Assembly: GCA_977017575.1 (NCBI GenBank)
Contig: CDRNVI010000024.1
Location: forward strand, 124,001 to 188,000
Reading direction: 5' to 3'
DNA: 64,000 bases
From: Paramoeba atlantica
Taxonomy: Eukaryota; Protista; Discosea
Shown here: positions 1-10,008 of the stretch, piece after piece
Position numbering within the stretch: the stretch's first letter is position 1
Layout: every line of letters starts with the position of its first letter
Notes under the pieces: generated by a model
The model's database searches: none
Told to the model about the DNA's origin: nothing
What the model saw: only the letters and a program-made list of their open reading frames with translations
Made by a program: the position numbers and the translations under genes

Positions 1-148
1 GGAGGAGGGGGAGAGGGGAGGGGGAAGAGGAGGAGGAAGAGGAGGAGGAAGAGGAGAGGGTGGGGAGATGGGGGAAGGGATGGGGGTGGGGGAGAGGGAG
101 GGTGAGAAGAAGGGTGAGGGTGAGGAGGGGGAGGGGGGGTGGGGACAT
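1..148 (-). CDS. 5' part of a low-complexity ORF running off the window (MSPPPLPLLTLTLLLTLPLPHPHPF...SSSS), possibly signal-peptide bearing
   Basis: ATG at 148-146 on the minus strand, open to base 1. Hydrophobic Leu/Thr stretch, then poly-Ser. Same C-rich 5' composition as other genes here. Confidence 0.35.
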   Translation of the reverse strand, partial: MSPPPLPLLTLTLLLTLPLPHPHPFPHLPTLSSSSSSSSSSSPSPLPLL

Positions 149-501
149 GGAAGGGGAGGTGGGGAAGAAAAGGTGGAGGAGGAGGGGGGGAGATTGTGGA
201 GGAAAGAAAGAGGTTGGATGGAAAGGTTTGGATTGAGATTTGTGTAGGTAAGAGGAGCAATATATTTTTTCATAGGGAATGATTTCTTATTCTTTAAGGA
301 GTCGAGGTAATACTCTTAAAAAGTCGATTTAGGAGTCGAAATATCCCAAATGAGTGCATTCTGAAATTACGGGGTAGTAGTACTGGGCACGCACGTGGTA
401 GAGTGTGAGGCCGTTAACACTACAAAAGCGTACATGACAGGTGTTCTACGTTTCGGCGTGATCATTTTGACTTAATTTTTTCTAGGTATACGTGATAGAA
501 T

Positions 502-3500
502 TCATTGTCGATTCCGCCTACATTCGATGCACTGACTTCCCATTGTGCAGGGAGAGTGAACCTCCAGATGACAGGGCCGTTGACATTGATGGGACGAGCA
601 AAGGGGAAAATTGCATTGCTGCGTGCAAAACGAAAGGGTGGGATTGTCACTCTCTTTCAGACATAAGCGATCCACTACGACAGAATTGTATGGGTTTACC
701 GAATTATCACCTTGCGTCTCGGCTTTTTGAATACTTCCCATGATCAGGGGATCTATCCGGCTTACCACTTCAATGGCATCATTCGAAGTAACTACAATTC
801 TAGTGGAAGGATGGCGTGAGCAATGAAGTCGTAGCTTTTTCCCCTGCCGTTTAGGACCGATAACGTCAAGCACCTTTTTCCAGTGACTTATCGTTCGGAG
901 GAGTCGGGAAGACCCCAAAATGATCAGCGAATGGCGTGCTCTACTACACGCAACAATCATACGGTTTTCCAATTCAAGAAAGTCAGTAATATGCTTAGTA
1001 CGAACTAGGGACAAAATTATTATGTCATTTTCATCACCTTGAAAACGATCGACAGTGAAAACGTCGACGCGATCTCGGGAGATAAGAAAAGGGCAACGAC
1101 GCATGGCACGAATGATGGCTCTTCTCTGTCCGACATAAGGTGTAATAACAGTAATAGATGAAGCTGGAACACCCTGAAAAAGCAAAAAGCAGACAAGAAA
1201 CGTTACCATTGCGATTTCAGCATTATTTTCTATGCTAGTGTTCTGTTTCAAAGCGACTTCCGGATGTTCATGATTCCAAAAGAAAACTGAATCTTCCAAC
1301 CCAGGAGCGGTAATCCAATTCTGATTCCAGATGCTGGTAAAAGTGCGTGTGTTTACCGCAGGGTGATCAGAAAGGGAAAAACTAACGCAATCTGTATAGA
1401 AGCCGCGAACGAGATCGCATAATTCCGACCGCATGCGGTGTTGTTCGTCAAGTTTAATGAGAGGAAACCTTGTGTTGACAAACCTCTCAAACAGAGAGAC
1501 GTTCAGCTTATTTTCCGTGGCTAGCTCATACTTGCGAACAGTGGGTCGTAATTGCTTATGATCTCCTATAAGAATTACTTGCCGTATTGACGAGGGAAGA
1601 CATGCCCATATTTGACTTTCAAGAATTTCGGCTGCTTCCTCCACAATAATGATCTGAGGTGACACTTCTTTGATCACGTCCATGTGTAAAGCTAAACCGG
1701 TAGTCGTGGCACCAATAACATCCATAGAGCGCATGAGTGATATTTGTGTCATTTTTCGCATCTCAAAAAGAAGTTTGTAAAGTTTTTCATATTGTAAAGC
1801 AAGATCCGGTAGTTTCTGTGCAGCCTCCACATATTCTTGACGGCAAATATTTTCCAGCAAACGTTGTCTTTCAGCGTGCGTCAATGCCCAAACTGTTACA
1901 ATGGATGGAACTATGGACCGAGAAAGCGGCATATCGCGCGGCACCAAAAAAGAATCCCAATTTATATCCATCTTGCGAATAATATCTCCATCAAGGTACC
2001 GATCTGTGTCCATATCGTTTGCATCTCGAACAGTATTAGTTGCCTGCTTCTTGGTGCTATCAATTTTATCCTCATCGCATGGCATAATGGAGGAATATTC
2101 GTTATCATCCAATTCAGATTCATGGTTCATTTCATTTTCGTACGGCTCCTCAACGAGCGAATCATTGTTGACATCATTGTTCGAAGAAAGGACTTGCTTT
2201 GATCCCTGATTGTCACTGGAAAAAACCTTCAACCCTTTGCACCATTTGGCAAATAAATCGTTAAGAGCCGAAGTTCTATTTTCATTAAGTTCATCTTTGT
2301 TCTGTGTCTCTAGATGGGTATCGCTATAACGCGAGCCCTCAATAAAGTCAGTTCTTTGATGCTCGGATAGGTACCTCAGAAATGTTTGTACGTCCAAGCT
2401 CTTTGTTGCAAGAATTTGCATTTTCCGCATCGTAGTTAAGATTGCTGCTTTTGCACGCTGAGTTTCTGCAAGAATTTCTAGGTAACTGGAACTTTTTTCA
2501 CAAGATTGAAACTGCTTTTCCATAGTGTACTTGAAAAGGGCAGAATTTTCTATTCGGGTTCCGATGCGCAGCACATTCTTCTTATGTGGACAACACGTCG
2601 CGCAACATCCAGCTGTAGTTCCAGTGCATCGACAGCCACCACGTTCTCGGCTTTTCCCGCACCATAAACTGGTATTTAGTAGATCTTCAAGGAACTCGTC
2701 CAGGGCATGATTTTTATAAGTCACGACAAGAATCGGAGGAACTTTCAGATTCGTATTAACAAGTTTTTCAAAAGAATTAGCTAGATTTTCAAGACGTCCT
2801 TCATGCAGAGAAATTCGAAATTTCGTAATACACTCAGTAATTCGACAACCCAAAAAACTTTTCCCTGCTCCTGGAGGTCCTTGGATTAAAATAATAGGAG
2901 TATGAGGAAGGGATTCAAGTGCCTGACGTTGCCCTTTCTTTAGCTGAGTACTGTCGATGACTTCAGATATGACTTTTTGGTAGGCATGCTCATAACATGT
3001 CGGAACAATTTCTGAAGCTGTCATTGTCGAAGGATTATGTAGAATGTCGCACAACGGTGAAAAATCCCCATTCGAAAATTCTAGTGCTCTATGCAGACTT
3101 TGAAGAACTGGTTCATAGCTGGGAAAAAAGTTATCGTGTGCAAGAAGAACACCAGCCCCAGAAAAGCTTTCAATTCGACATGCTCCTTCAGCAGGCAATC
3201 TACCCGCATCAACCGACGATGAGCAACCTAGAACTCGTAATATATCCGCAATTAGGCTCTGTTGACTTTCAGGGCCACATGGTCGAAGTGCCACTAAACC
3301 ACGGTGGGAGCAAACAGAAACAACGCACGAGAGTAAATGGTGCCACCTATCAATAACATTAGCTCCGTGTTCTCCTTCCCGTGCCCTTTTCAATCCATAA
3401 TCTGTATCTTTCGTACCAAGTAAGCATACTAAATTTCCCCGACTTAAGTGTGATGAGTGACGACCAAGAATCAAGGGATCGCACCATAACACGGGACAGA

Positions 3501-5502
3501 TTCCATATTGCGAATCGAAGTAATAGCCTCCAAAGCATACGCTCTGAAAAGCTGAATCGCACTTTACTTTGGGATTTTCAGTTGCTGATGTTTGGTCAGT
3601 AGACAAGATTTGCGCATTGCGCTTCTCCGAAGAACTCACATAGTTATGAATTTGGGCGATAAAAGCATTATAGCAGTCAGCGCGTAGCAGAGAGTAGTGA
3701 GCAAACAAGTGGTCCCACGTAGATGGGAATACGTTAGAAAGAACACCGAGATTTTTAAAATACAGTGGGCTGCGTTCATCATCCGAGTTGAAACAAATAT
3801 CATTGATATCCAAAGTGGTGCTTGGAAGATTTTGAGCTTGCTTTAACGTATGAGATGCCACTTGCGTACAGTTTGGACCTTTAATAGCATCCGTCTTTCG
3901 ATAGGACCTAATATTAGAGTTTAACAGTTCTTTAGTAGAGCGTACAAGACGCATGTATTCAGGAGTGTTCGCATATTTTGGCAATGAAGTTTCCATGTAT
4001 TGAAGAAGTGCCACGATGTTTTGCAAAACAGTGTTATCTTCCTGAAATATCTTACGCATTCCACGCAAGATTCCTAATACAGGCACAACTACTGCTATCG
4101 ATTGTCGAGTCTCTAATACTGAGTCGTTTTCGCTATTCTGAGAAGACGAGGTTTGGTTGCTCAGAGAATTAGTTGATCTTACGTAAACTCCAGACGTCTC
4201 GCGTTCGATAGCCAAACAAAGCAAATCAGGAAATAATGAAATATGTGAAGTAGGACTCACGTGTTCTTCGCTTTGAAAAATGACCTTTGATAGCTGTTTT
4301 GGAAGGATAGATTCTTTAAAGAAGAGCCGAACAAGGCTTGTATTCCCCGCCAAGGTTTGCTTCGAAACCCTGGGATCAGAGGAAAGCGGAGAGTCGGAAA
4401 CCGAAACTATACCAAGTAGCGCAACTTTGGCCATAAAAGCAAGCAGAGTTGAAAGGTAGTACGGTTTTCGGTGTAGAACATTTAAAGTGTACTGAAGTAA
4501 AGCATTCCAATGCTCTTGATGTACAAGAATTCGAGTAATCAGGATAAGTGTCATGTTTTCACGAAGGCATGTATCAAAAAAATATTCTGCATCAGAATCT
4601 TGCCAAGTTCGAATTATCGGTGTCACTTCTTTTGCGGCAATAATGGTCGTCCTTTGATCAATCCTAAACTGCACAAGATCATTCTCTTTAATCTGCTTCA
4701 AGCCAAAATTTTCGACTTGCGAACTTGCAAAACGAAAGCAGTATCCGGATTCGACGTCTTTTACGGTACCGTCGCGGCGACTTGGATCGTCATTCACCGA
4801 AACAATCGTTCCGCGATGAAACGTCTTTCTTGAAAATGGCTCAATAAGCCAACTCCCAGGAGGTGCCGACCTCTTTGCGTCCCGTTCCTGTGACAAACGC
4901 TTTGGTTGAGTTTTAAGAGATTCAACGTGGCGTTGAGTTTGCTCCACAATGAGCTCCTTAATTGAGGGAGCCGCCTTGACCCCCTGGTGTGCCACTGCAT
5001 CAGCTGTTCTCCGGGTAGTCGGATACTCAACATCGGAATAACCGGAAGGAGAGAAAGGGTGCCCATTCATTCGTGTTATACAGTTCTGCATCGTGTGTCC
5101 CTCATGACCACATAAAAAACACCATCTCGCCTTTCTGAGAACAAATAATTTTTCGTCAATCCACAATTGAATCAGCCCTTTAGGATTGCGACGAAATTCG
5201 GTTGCATTTTGCTCTAACACTTTACCCGTATCCTTCGCACCATTTGAATCTCCAAACAATTTTTCATGAAGTCCTAGTTTTCTTAACAAAGGTGGATGCA
5301 TGGTTACGATGTCAAGAAACGTAAAGCGATGCGCAAGAATTTCTTCGCAATTATTCCAATCAATACTCGAAGCCTTTGTAGCGTCCCAGTCTCTCCTGAG
5401 CATCAAAATCAGAGTATAGATAAGAATATAAACGGTTTTTTTTCCACCGTAAGAGTGTCGACAAATGACTGGAAGCAACTCAAATATTCTCGTTTTATAC
5501 AT
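502..5502 (-). CDS. ZNFX1: ZNFX1-like SF1B (UPF1-type) RNA helicase with N-terminal CCHC knuckle and C-terminal Cys/His-rich (NFX1-like) segment
   Basis: Helicase motifs IQGPPGAGKS, VTYKNHALDEFL, IIVEEAAE, LIGDHKQLRP, SLFERF, ITPYVGQ, TVDRFQGDE, VACSRARH. Knuckle CFLCGHEGHTMQNC. C-terminal CSSHQCQRPCHLEVHSPC. Confidence 0.8.
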   Translation of the reverse strand: MYKTRIFELLPVICRHSYGGKKTVYILIYTLILMLRRDWDATKASSIDWNNCEEILAHRFTFLDIVTMHPPLLRKLGLHEKLFGDSNGAKDTGKVLEQNATEFRRNPKGLIQLWIDEKLFVLRKARWCFLCGHEGHTMQNCITRMNGHPFSPSGYSDVEYPTTRRTADAVAHQGVKAAPSIKELIVEQTQRHVESLKTQPKRLSQERDAKRSAPPGSWLIEPFSRKTFHRGTIVSVNDDPSRRDGTVKDVESGYCFRFASSQVENFGLKQIKENDLVQFRIDQRTTIIAAKEVTPIIRTWQDSDAEYFFDTCLRENMTLILITRILVHQEHWNALLQYTLNVLHRKPYYLSTLLAFMAKVALLGIVSVSDSPLSSDPRVSKQTLAGNTSLVRLFFKESILPKQLSKVIFQSEEHVSPTSHISLFPDLLCLAIERETSGVYVRSTNSLSNQTSSSQNSENDSVLETRQSIAVVVPVLGILRGMRKIFQEDNTVLQNIVALLQYMETSLPKYANTPEYMRLVRSTKELLNSNIRSYRKTDAIKGPNCTQVASHTLKQAQNLPSTTLDINDICFNSDDERSPLYFKNLGVLSNVFPSTWDHLFAHYSLLRADCYNAFIAQIHNYVSSSEKRNAQILSTDQTSATENPKVKCDSAFQSVCFGGYYFDSQYGICPVLWCDPLILGRHSSHLSRGNLVCLLGTKDTDYGLKRAREGEHGANVIDRWHHLLSCVVSVCSHRGLVALRPCGPESQQSLIADILRVLGCSSSVDAGRLPAEGACRIESFSGAGVLLAHDNFFPSYEPVLQSLHRALEFSNGDFSPLCDILHNPSTMTASEIVPTCYEHAYQKVISEVIDSTQLKKGQRQALESLPHTPIILIQGPPGAGKSFLGCRITECITKFRISLHEGRLENLANSFEKLVNTNLKVPPILVVTYKNHALDEFLEDLLNTSLWCGKSRERGGCRCTGTTAGCCATCCPHKKNVLRIGTRIENSALFKYTMEKQFQSCEKSSSYLEILAETQRAKAAILTTMRKMQILATKSLDVQTFLRYLSEHQRTDFIEGSRYSDTHLETQNKDELNENRTSALNDLFAKWCKGLKVFSSDNQGSKQVLSSNNDVNNDSLVEEPYENEMNHESELDDNEYSSIMPCDEDKIDSTKKQATNTVRDANDMDTDRYLDGDIIRKMDINWDSFLVPRDMPLSRSIVPSIVTVWALTHAERQRLLENICRQEYVEAAQKLPDLALQYEKLYKLLFEMRKMTQISLMRSMDVIGATTTGLALHMDVIKEVSPQIIIVEEAAEILESQIWACLPSSIRQVILIGDHKQLRPTVRKYELATENKLNVSLFERFVNTRFPLIKLDEQHRMRSELCDLVRGFYTDCVSFSLSDHPAVNTRTFTSIWNQNWITAPGLEDSVFFWNHEHPEVALKQNTSIENNAEIAMVTFLVCFLLFQGVPASSITVITPYVGQRRAIIRAMRRCPFLISRDRVDVFTVDRFQGDENDIIILSLVRTKHITDFLELENRMIVACSRARHSLIILGSSRLLRTISHWKKVLDVIGPKRQGKKLRLHCSRHPSTRIVVTSNDAIEVVSRIDPLIMGSIQKAETQGDNSVNPYNSVVVDRLCLKESDNPTLSFCTQQCNFPLCSSHQCQRPCHLEVHSPCTMGSQCIECRRNRQ

Positions 5503-5536
5503 GCTTGAGAAAGCGTGAACAAAAATCCATAACTCG

Positions 5537-7093
5537 TTACATTCGAAAAATTAGAGTTGCATTCGTCCCCCCAAAACCAAAGCTATTTTTCAAAAAATAT
5601 GCAGTCCTATCCTTTGGCAAATGAGACGAGGTGCCGCCACGAGGCAATGAGACACACTCTCTATTATGTGTAAGCGGGACCTCTAGTCCGGTATTTCCCG
5701 GACACTCATTCTGCTGCATGCATAATATTGCAAGTGCAGTTTCAACGCTGCCGGCGGCACCGAGAAGATGACCGAGGGCCCCTTTCATGCTTACAACTGG
5801 AACCGGAATAAAGGAATTTTCGTCAAAACGAAAAGATTTGGACTCACACTGTAGTTGTTCAATCGCCCGAATTTCAGCGGGATCACCCAGACGTGTTCCC
5901 GCGGCGTGGGCAGACACAAAAGAAATATCCGTCATCGATGCCCCAGCGTCGTTCAGTGCTCTTTTCATGGATATTACGCCACCCGTCCCTTGTGGGTCGG
6001 GGGCTGTGACGTGATAGGCATCACTGGACACTCCGTATCCAACAAGTTCTGCATACCACGGATGCGAGGCGTCGCGTGACCAGAAATTGGGAAAAATTCC
6101 GACTTCAGGCGACAAAGGATTTAGTGATGTTTTCTGGGACAACTGACGTCGTCGAAAAGCAAATTCGGCTTCTTCAAGTATTAACACCGCAGCGCCTTCA
6201 CCCATTACAAATCCGTTCCTTTTCTCATCGAAAGGCGTACAACGAGAGCGACTTAGCGCCCGCATTCGATGAAACCCCAGGAGGGCAATTGGGTGTATAC
6301 AAGACTCTGCTGCGCCCGTAATCATCACATCACACTCGCCTCTCTCAATAACCCGAAAAGCCTCACCAATACAATGTGACCCGGTACTGCACGCAGAGAC
6401 AATACTTTGACTGCCCCCGCGAAATCCGTAGGTAAGAGAAATCTGGCCACTCACGGCGTTCCCCAGGATCTTGGGTACGAAATAAGGCGATAACTTGCCC
6501 TCTTTTTGGGTTCGAAGATACTCCCCACATCGGGCAATATCTTGAATACTGGGTATGCCGACACCCACATTCACACCAACACGTGTCGTATCTATTAAGT
6601 TTGAGCTCCGTGTTGCTGAAATGGATGACAACGTACTTTTCGACTGAAACATTTTGGTTGCGGATACATTTGCATTACCTGTGTCTAATGGTGTGCCACT
6701 TGGATGCATTTCTTCTTCTATGAGACCTGCGTCAAGAAGGGCGTGTCGCGTCGCATGCATAGCTAATCGAGTACATCGTGTTTCGCGAGGCGTGGAACGA
6801 AACATTCGCTTTAGTTGTCCGGAGGAGTCGGCAAACTCGTCTGGGACAACAGCGATAGGGAAATCAAGCCCACCCGCCTTGTGAGAAATGTCAGCTTCAT
6901 TCCATTCCTCGTGGTTCGTTTTATTACTGGTGTCGTTTAAGGTATAAGGGGATAATATTCCGGTGAGGCCTTTAGTTAAACTAGCAAAGGAAGACGCGGA
7001 GGTAAGCCCCAGTGGAGTAATGAGACCAATTCCAGTGACGACAACATTTCTACGAGGTCCCCAGGAGGGTTTTGAAGAGCAAAGCTGTCTCAT
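5537..7093 (-). CDS. OXSM: Mitochondrial beta-ketoacyl-ACP synthase (KAS II/FabF type)
   Basis: VVVTGIGLITPLG, SACSTG (catalytic Cys), AHAAGT and KGALGHLLGAAG (two His), KNSFGFGGTN. First ATG at 7093; the track start is a GTG. Confidence 0.93.
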   Translation of the reverse strand: MRQLCSSKPSWGPRRNVVVTGIGLITPLGLTSASSFASLTKGLTGILSPYTLNDTSNKTNHEEWNEADISHKAGGLDFPIAVVPDEFADSSGQLKRMFRSTPRETRCTRLAMHATRHALLDAGLIEEEMHPSGTPLDTGNANVSATKMFQSKSTLSSISATRSSNLIDTTRVGVNVGVGIPSIQDIARCGEYLRTQKEGKLSPYFVPKILGNAVSGQISLTYGFRGGSQSIVSACSTGSHCIGEAFRVIERGECDVMITGAAESCIHPIALLGFHRMRALSRSRCTPFDEKRNGFVMGEGAAVLILEEAEFAFRRRQLSQKTSLNPLSPEVGIFPNFWSRDASHPWYAELVGYGVSSDAYHVTAPDPQGTGGVISMKRALNDAGASMTDISFVSAHAAGTRLGDPAEIRAIEQLQCESKSFRFDENSFIPVPVVSMKGALGHLLGAAGSVETALAILCMQQNECPGNTGLEVPLTHNRECVSLPRGGTSSHLPKDRTAYFLKNSFGFGGTNATLIFRM

Positions 7094-7387
7094 AGGCACG
7101 TAATAGATGCATGGTCTTCCAGGCTTATATTCGTAACAGCAAATTCAATTTGTTTCTACCCCAGAGCATTTCGGTTGAGAATCGTGGTCTGGAAATAGTT
7201 TCATTGTTTCGTATCATAATAATACAAACGACATTCAACAAATAGTTTATTTAATAAATTAATTTGCGGCTCTTTCTCTACCACCATACCAATAAAGTTC
7301 ATCCCACTTTAAAACTAGTCTATCGTTTGGTTGCAAATTATTCTGCATGAGATGTGGCGAATGAATAATGCACAGTGATGTGATGAG

Positions 7388-9553
7388 TTAAATATTGTAT
7401 TCATCACGTATTCTTTGAAACATGTCGTTCAGAGGCTCTAGAGTATCGCATATCTGTGCTGAATCCCGAACTGCACGAAGCTTCCTATCGTGAGAAGTGT
7501 TGTGCTTAGGCTCACATGTAGGCACCTTTGCCGTTTGGGACGAAGGCACGGTAGAAATCGTACAACCTCCTGAAAGGGGGGTAATTGCATGGGAGAGTGA
7601 TGCGGTAGTTTTGGCACTTGCCTGCGGCTGCACATTCGCATAACTTTGAACACACGTTGTTAAAGTATTGTGAGATGCCTGTGAAATAGATGTGTCTGTG
7701 GGCTTTACGTAGTTCAATTTTCGTCTACTGTCGCTGTAGGACAGAACTTTTGAAGTATCTGTGACGCATTTTGCAGTTTGGAAGGCTGGCAAAAAAGTAT
7801 CGTGCAGGCTTTGCCACGGTGGAGGAGCCCGTGAAGATTTTATTTTTTTGACTTTGGTGACCGCTGCGGTTGTGGGGGTGAAAAGGCTCCTATAAACACC
7901 GTGCCGTTTTTCAGAAGATCTTGCAACCGGTTGAGGGTTTGCGGACGAGCTTGACGTACCATTAGACCAATGCTCGGATGGAATAGTTTGTGGCTCTAGC
8001 GGTAAGGCATCACTTTCAATTGGAACGATTTTCAAGAGATCCTGGCATACAGTTTGCGCGTGACGGAGAGAACCACGTTTTTTCGGATCAACCTTCAATA
8101 AGGAAAAAATAGCATCTACCCATGCCTTAGGAACTAATGAACTAGTTTCGTTGCCCTGGTGCATTGATGGTTCATTTTTTCTCAGGAGATCGATACACCT
8201 CGTACGCAAGGTCTCATCCGTCATCGAAGCAATTTCGGAAAGTACGCCTTTATGCTGACCAAGGATTTGAAACTCAGACTCATTACACTCCTTATCCTCT
8301 GCTGTGGAATCCTCCGGTGAATAAGCGTATTCGCTACGTGCTTGTGACCTTTCGGAAAACAAACCAGTACGCATAATTCCAGCTGTTAGTTCAAGGAGCA
8401 ACACGCCCACACTCCACCTATCAATAGCCATAAGCTCATCCCCTGTAAAGGAAAAGGGCGAATCATCGAACGTTCTTGTTTCTAATTGATAGTTACTCGA
8501 ATACGTATCCAGCACCTTCCGCGCTACTTCTGGTGCGGTGTAATGTGGCGTTCCACTTAGTGAATGCACACGAGTGTTTGGGTCACATCGCACTGCTCCC
8601 CCAAAATCAATAAGCTGCAGTGTCCAATGGTTACCAGAATCTCCTGGATGGTCTTCCCCAGGTCCACAGCTATGGGCGACCAACTGCTGCATATAGGTGG
8701 AAGATTCTATAAGTTGTACATTAGGAATCGTTTCTTTCGGGAGATCTCTCTCATTCGAGGGAACGAAGATAAAGTTATCAGGCTTAATGTCTCGATGAGC
8801 TATAGAATGCTTTTCGTGCAGATAGAGAACTGCAGAGAGGATATTGGAACACAGATGCAATGTCCACCACCAACTCGATGACAAATGGAGACCAGATTTC
8901 GTTACGGAAGAGCCCGGTAATTTATTGAAAGTTGAACTCGTCAGAGTGCCACGAAAATGGTATTTATTTGCCTCTTCTTTTTCGTAATCTCGGAATATAA
9001 CGTATGGCGGAACATAGTACTGAAGTGTGCGTGACTTGCCAAGTTCGGTTATCACAAGAACAGACAATTTTACGAGCTGGTGTGTTTCATGATCGACAGG
9101 TTCTTCTGTGTGTACACACACAGCAGCATCCGTTATAGTCGATATATTGCGATGCTTGCAAAGAGTGCGGAGAAACGAAATCTCATTGAGCGCATTCAGA
9201 ATGCATGAGGGCAAGGAGTTTACTAGATGGTCTTCAAGCCTAACGCCAGCCCTTAGTGGAGCAGTGAATTCTCTAGGCAAAACAGATTGCACTACTTTTA
9301 TAGCACAATCCATTCCACCTTCTGAGGTGGCTGCATACACTTTGCCATAAGCTCCTCGCCCAATGCACCGAGAGGTTAAATACAAAGTATACTTACCTAA
9401 TTCACTAGATAATCTATTCTTCTTCAAACTACATTTGATGTACCAATTCTTATCATCTGTAGACCTTTCAATAGAAGCCGAAGGGAGAGATGAAAGCAAG
9501 TCCGAAAATGTTTTTGACAAATTGCGCGCACTACGGGAAGTTTTACGAGTCAT
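7388..9553 (-). CDS. Ser/Thr protein kinase with long inserts and Ser/Thr-rich tail
   Basis: IGRGAYGKV, AIK, HRDIKPDN, DFG, GTPHYTAPE, DRWSVG. Confidence 0.9.
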   Translation of the reverse strand: MTRKTSRSARNLSKTFSDLLSSLPSASIERSTDDKNWYIKCSLKKNRLSSELGKYTLYLTSRCIGRGAYGKVYAATSEGGMDCAIKVVQSVLPREFTAPLRAGVRLEDHLVNSLPSCILNALNEISFLRTLCKHRNISTITDAAVCVHTEEPVDHETHQLVKLSVLVITELGKSRTLQYYVPPYVIFRDYEKEEANKYHFRGTLTSSTFNKLPGSSVTKSGLHLSSSWWWTLHLCSNILSAVLYLHEKHSIAHRDIKPDNFIFVPSNERDLPKETIPNVQLIESSTYMQQLVAHSCGPGEDHPGDSGNHWTLQLIDFGGAVRCDPNTRVHSLSGTPHYTAPEVARKVLDTYSSNYQLETRTFDDSPFSFTGDELMAIDRWSVGVLLLELTAGIMRTGLFSERSQARSEYAYSPEDSTAEDKECNESEFQILGQHKGVLSEIASMTDETLRTRCIDLLRKNEPSMHQGNETSSLVPKAWVDAIFSLLKVDPKKRGSLRHAQTVCQDLLKIVPIESDALPLEPQTIPSEHWSNGTSSSSANPQPVARSSEKRHGVYRSLFTPTTAAVTKVKKIKSSRAPPPWQSLHDTFLPAFQTAKCVTDTSKVLSYSDSRRKLNYVKPTDTSISQASHNTLTTCVQSYANVQPQASAKTTASLSHAITPLSGGCTISTVPSSQTAKVPTCEPKHNTSHDRKLRAVRDSAQICDTLEPLNDMFQRIRDEYNI

Positions 9554-10008
9554 CGGTCGAACTTTTGTGTGAATAAGCCACGTTAAACATGAATTCCTTT
9601 TTCAAAGCCCATTTTTTGCCGTACAACTGAGGATCACATACGAATTCTGTTTAGAGAAGCTAGTAGTATATGCAGAAACAAAAGTTTAATTAGAAAAGAG
9701 CGTCGCGTAATCACTGAGCAAACAATTACAATATGAACTTGTAAGCATAGTACATGCCTGGCGAGAAACGAGTATTGCTTCAAAATTTAAATTCGTTATC
9801 GAAAGTGTAATGGCAAGGAAATAAATTAATGAAGATTATAAATTTTTTTAAATAAAAGATGCTTTTGAAAAAAATACGAAGCATTTTTCTGTTTGGGAAA
9901 TGCAGTAAGGAATCCCAGCGCTTCTATCTACCCCTAATATTCTAATACACGACGTTAATAGGCTGCGATGCTACATTTAAAAACATCCGATGGATTGTTC
10001 GTTCATGT

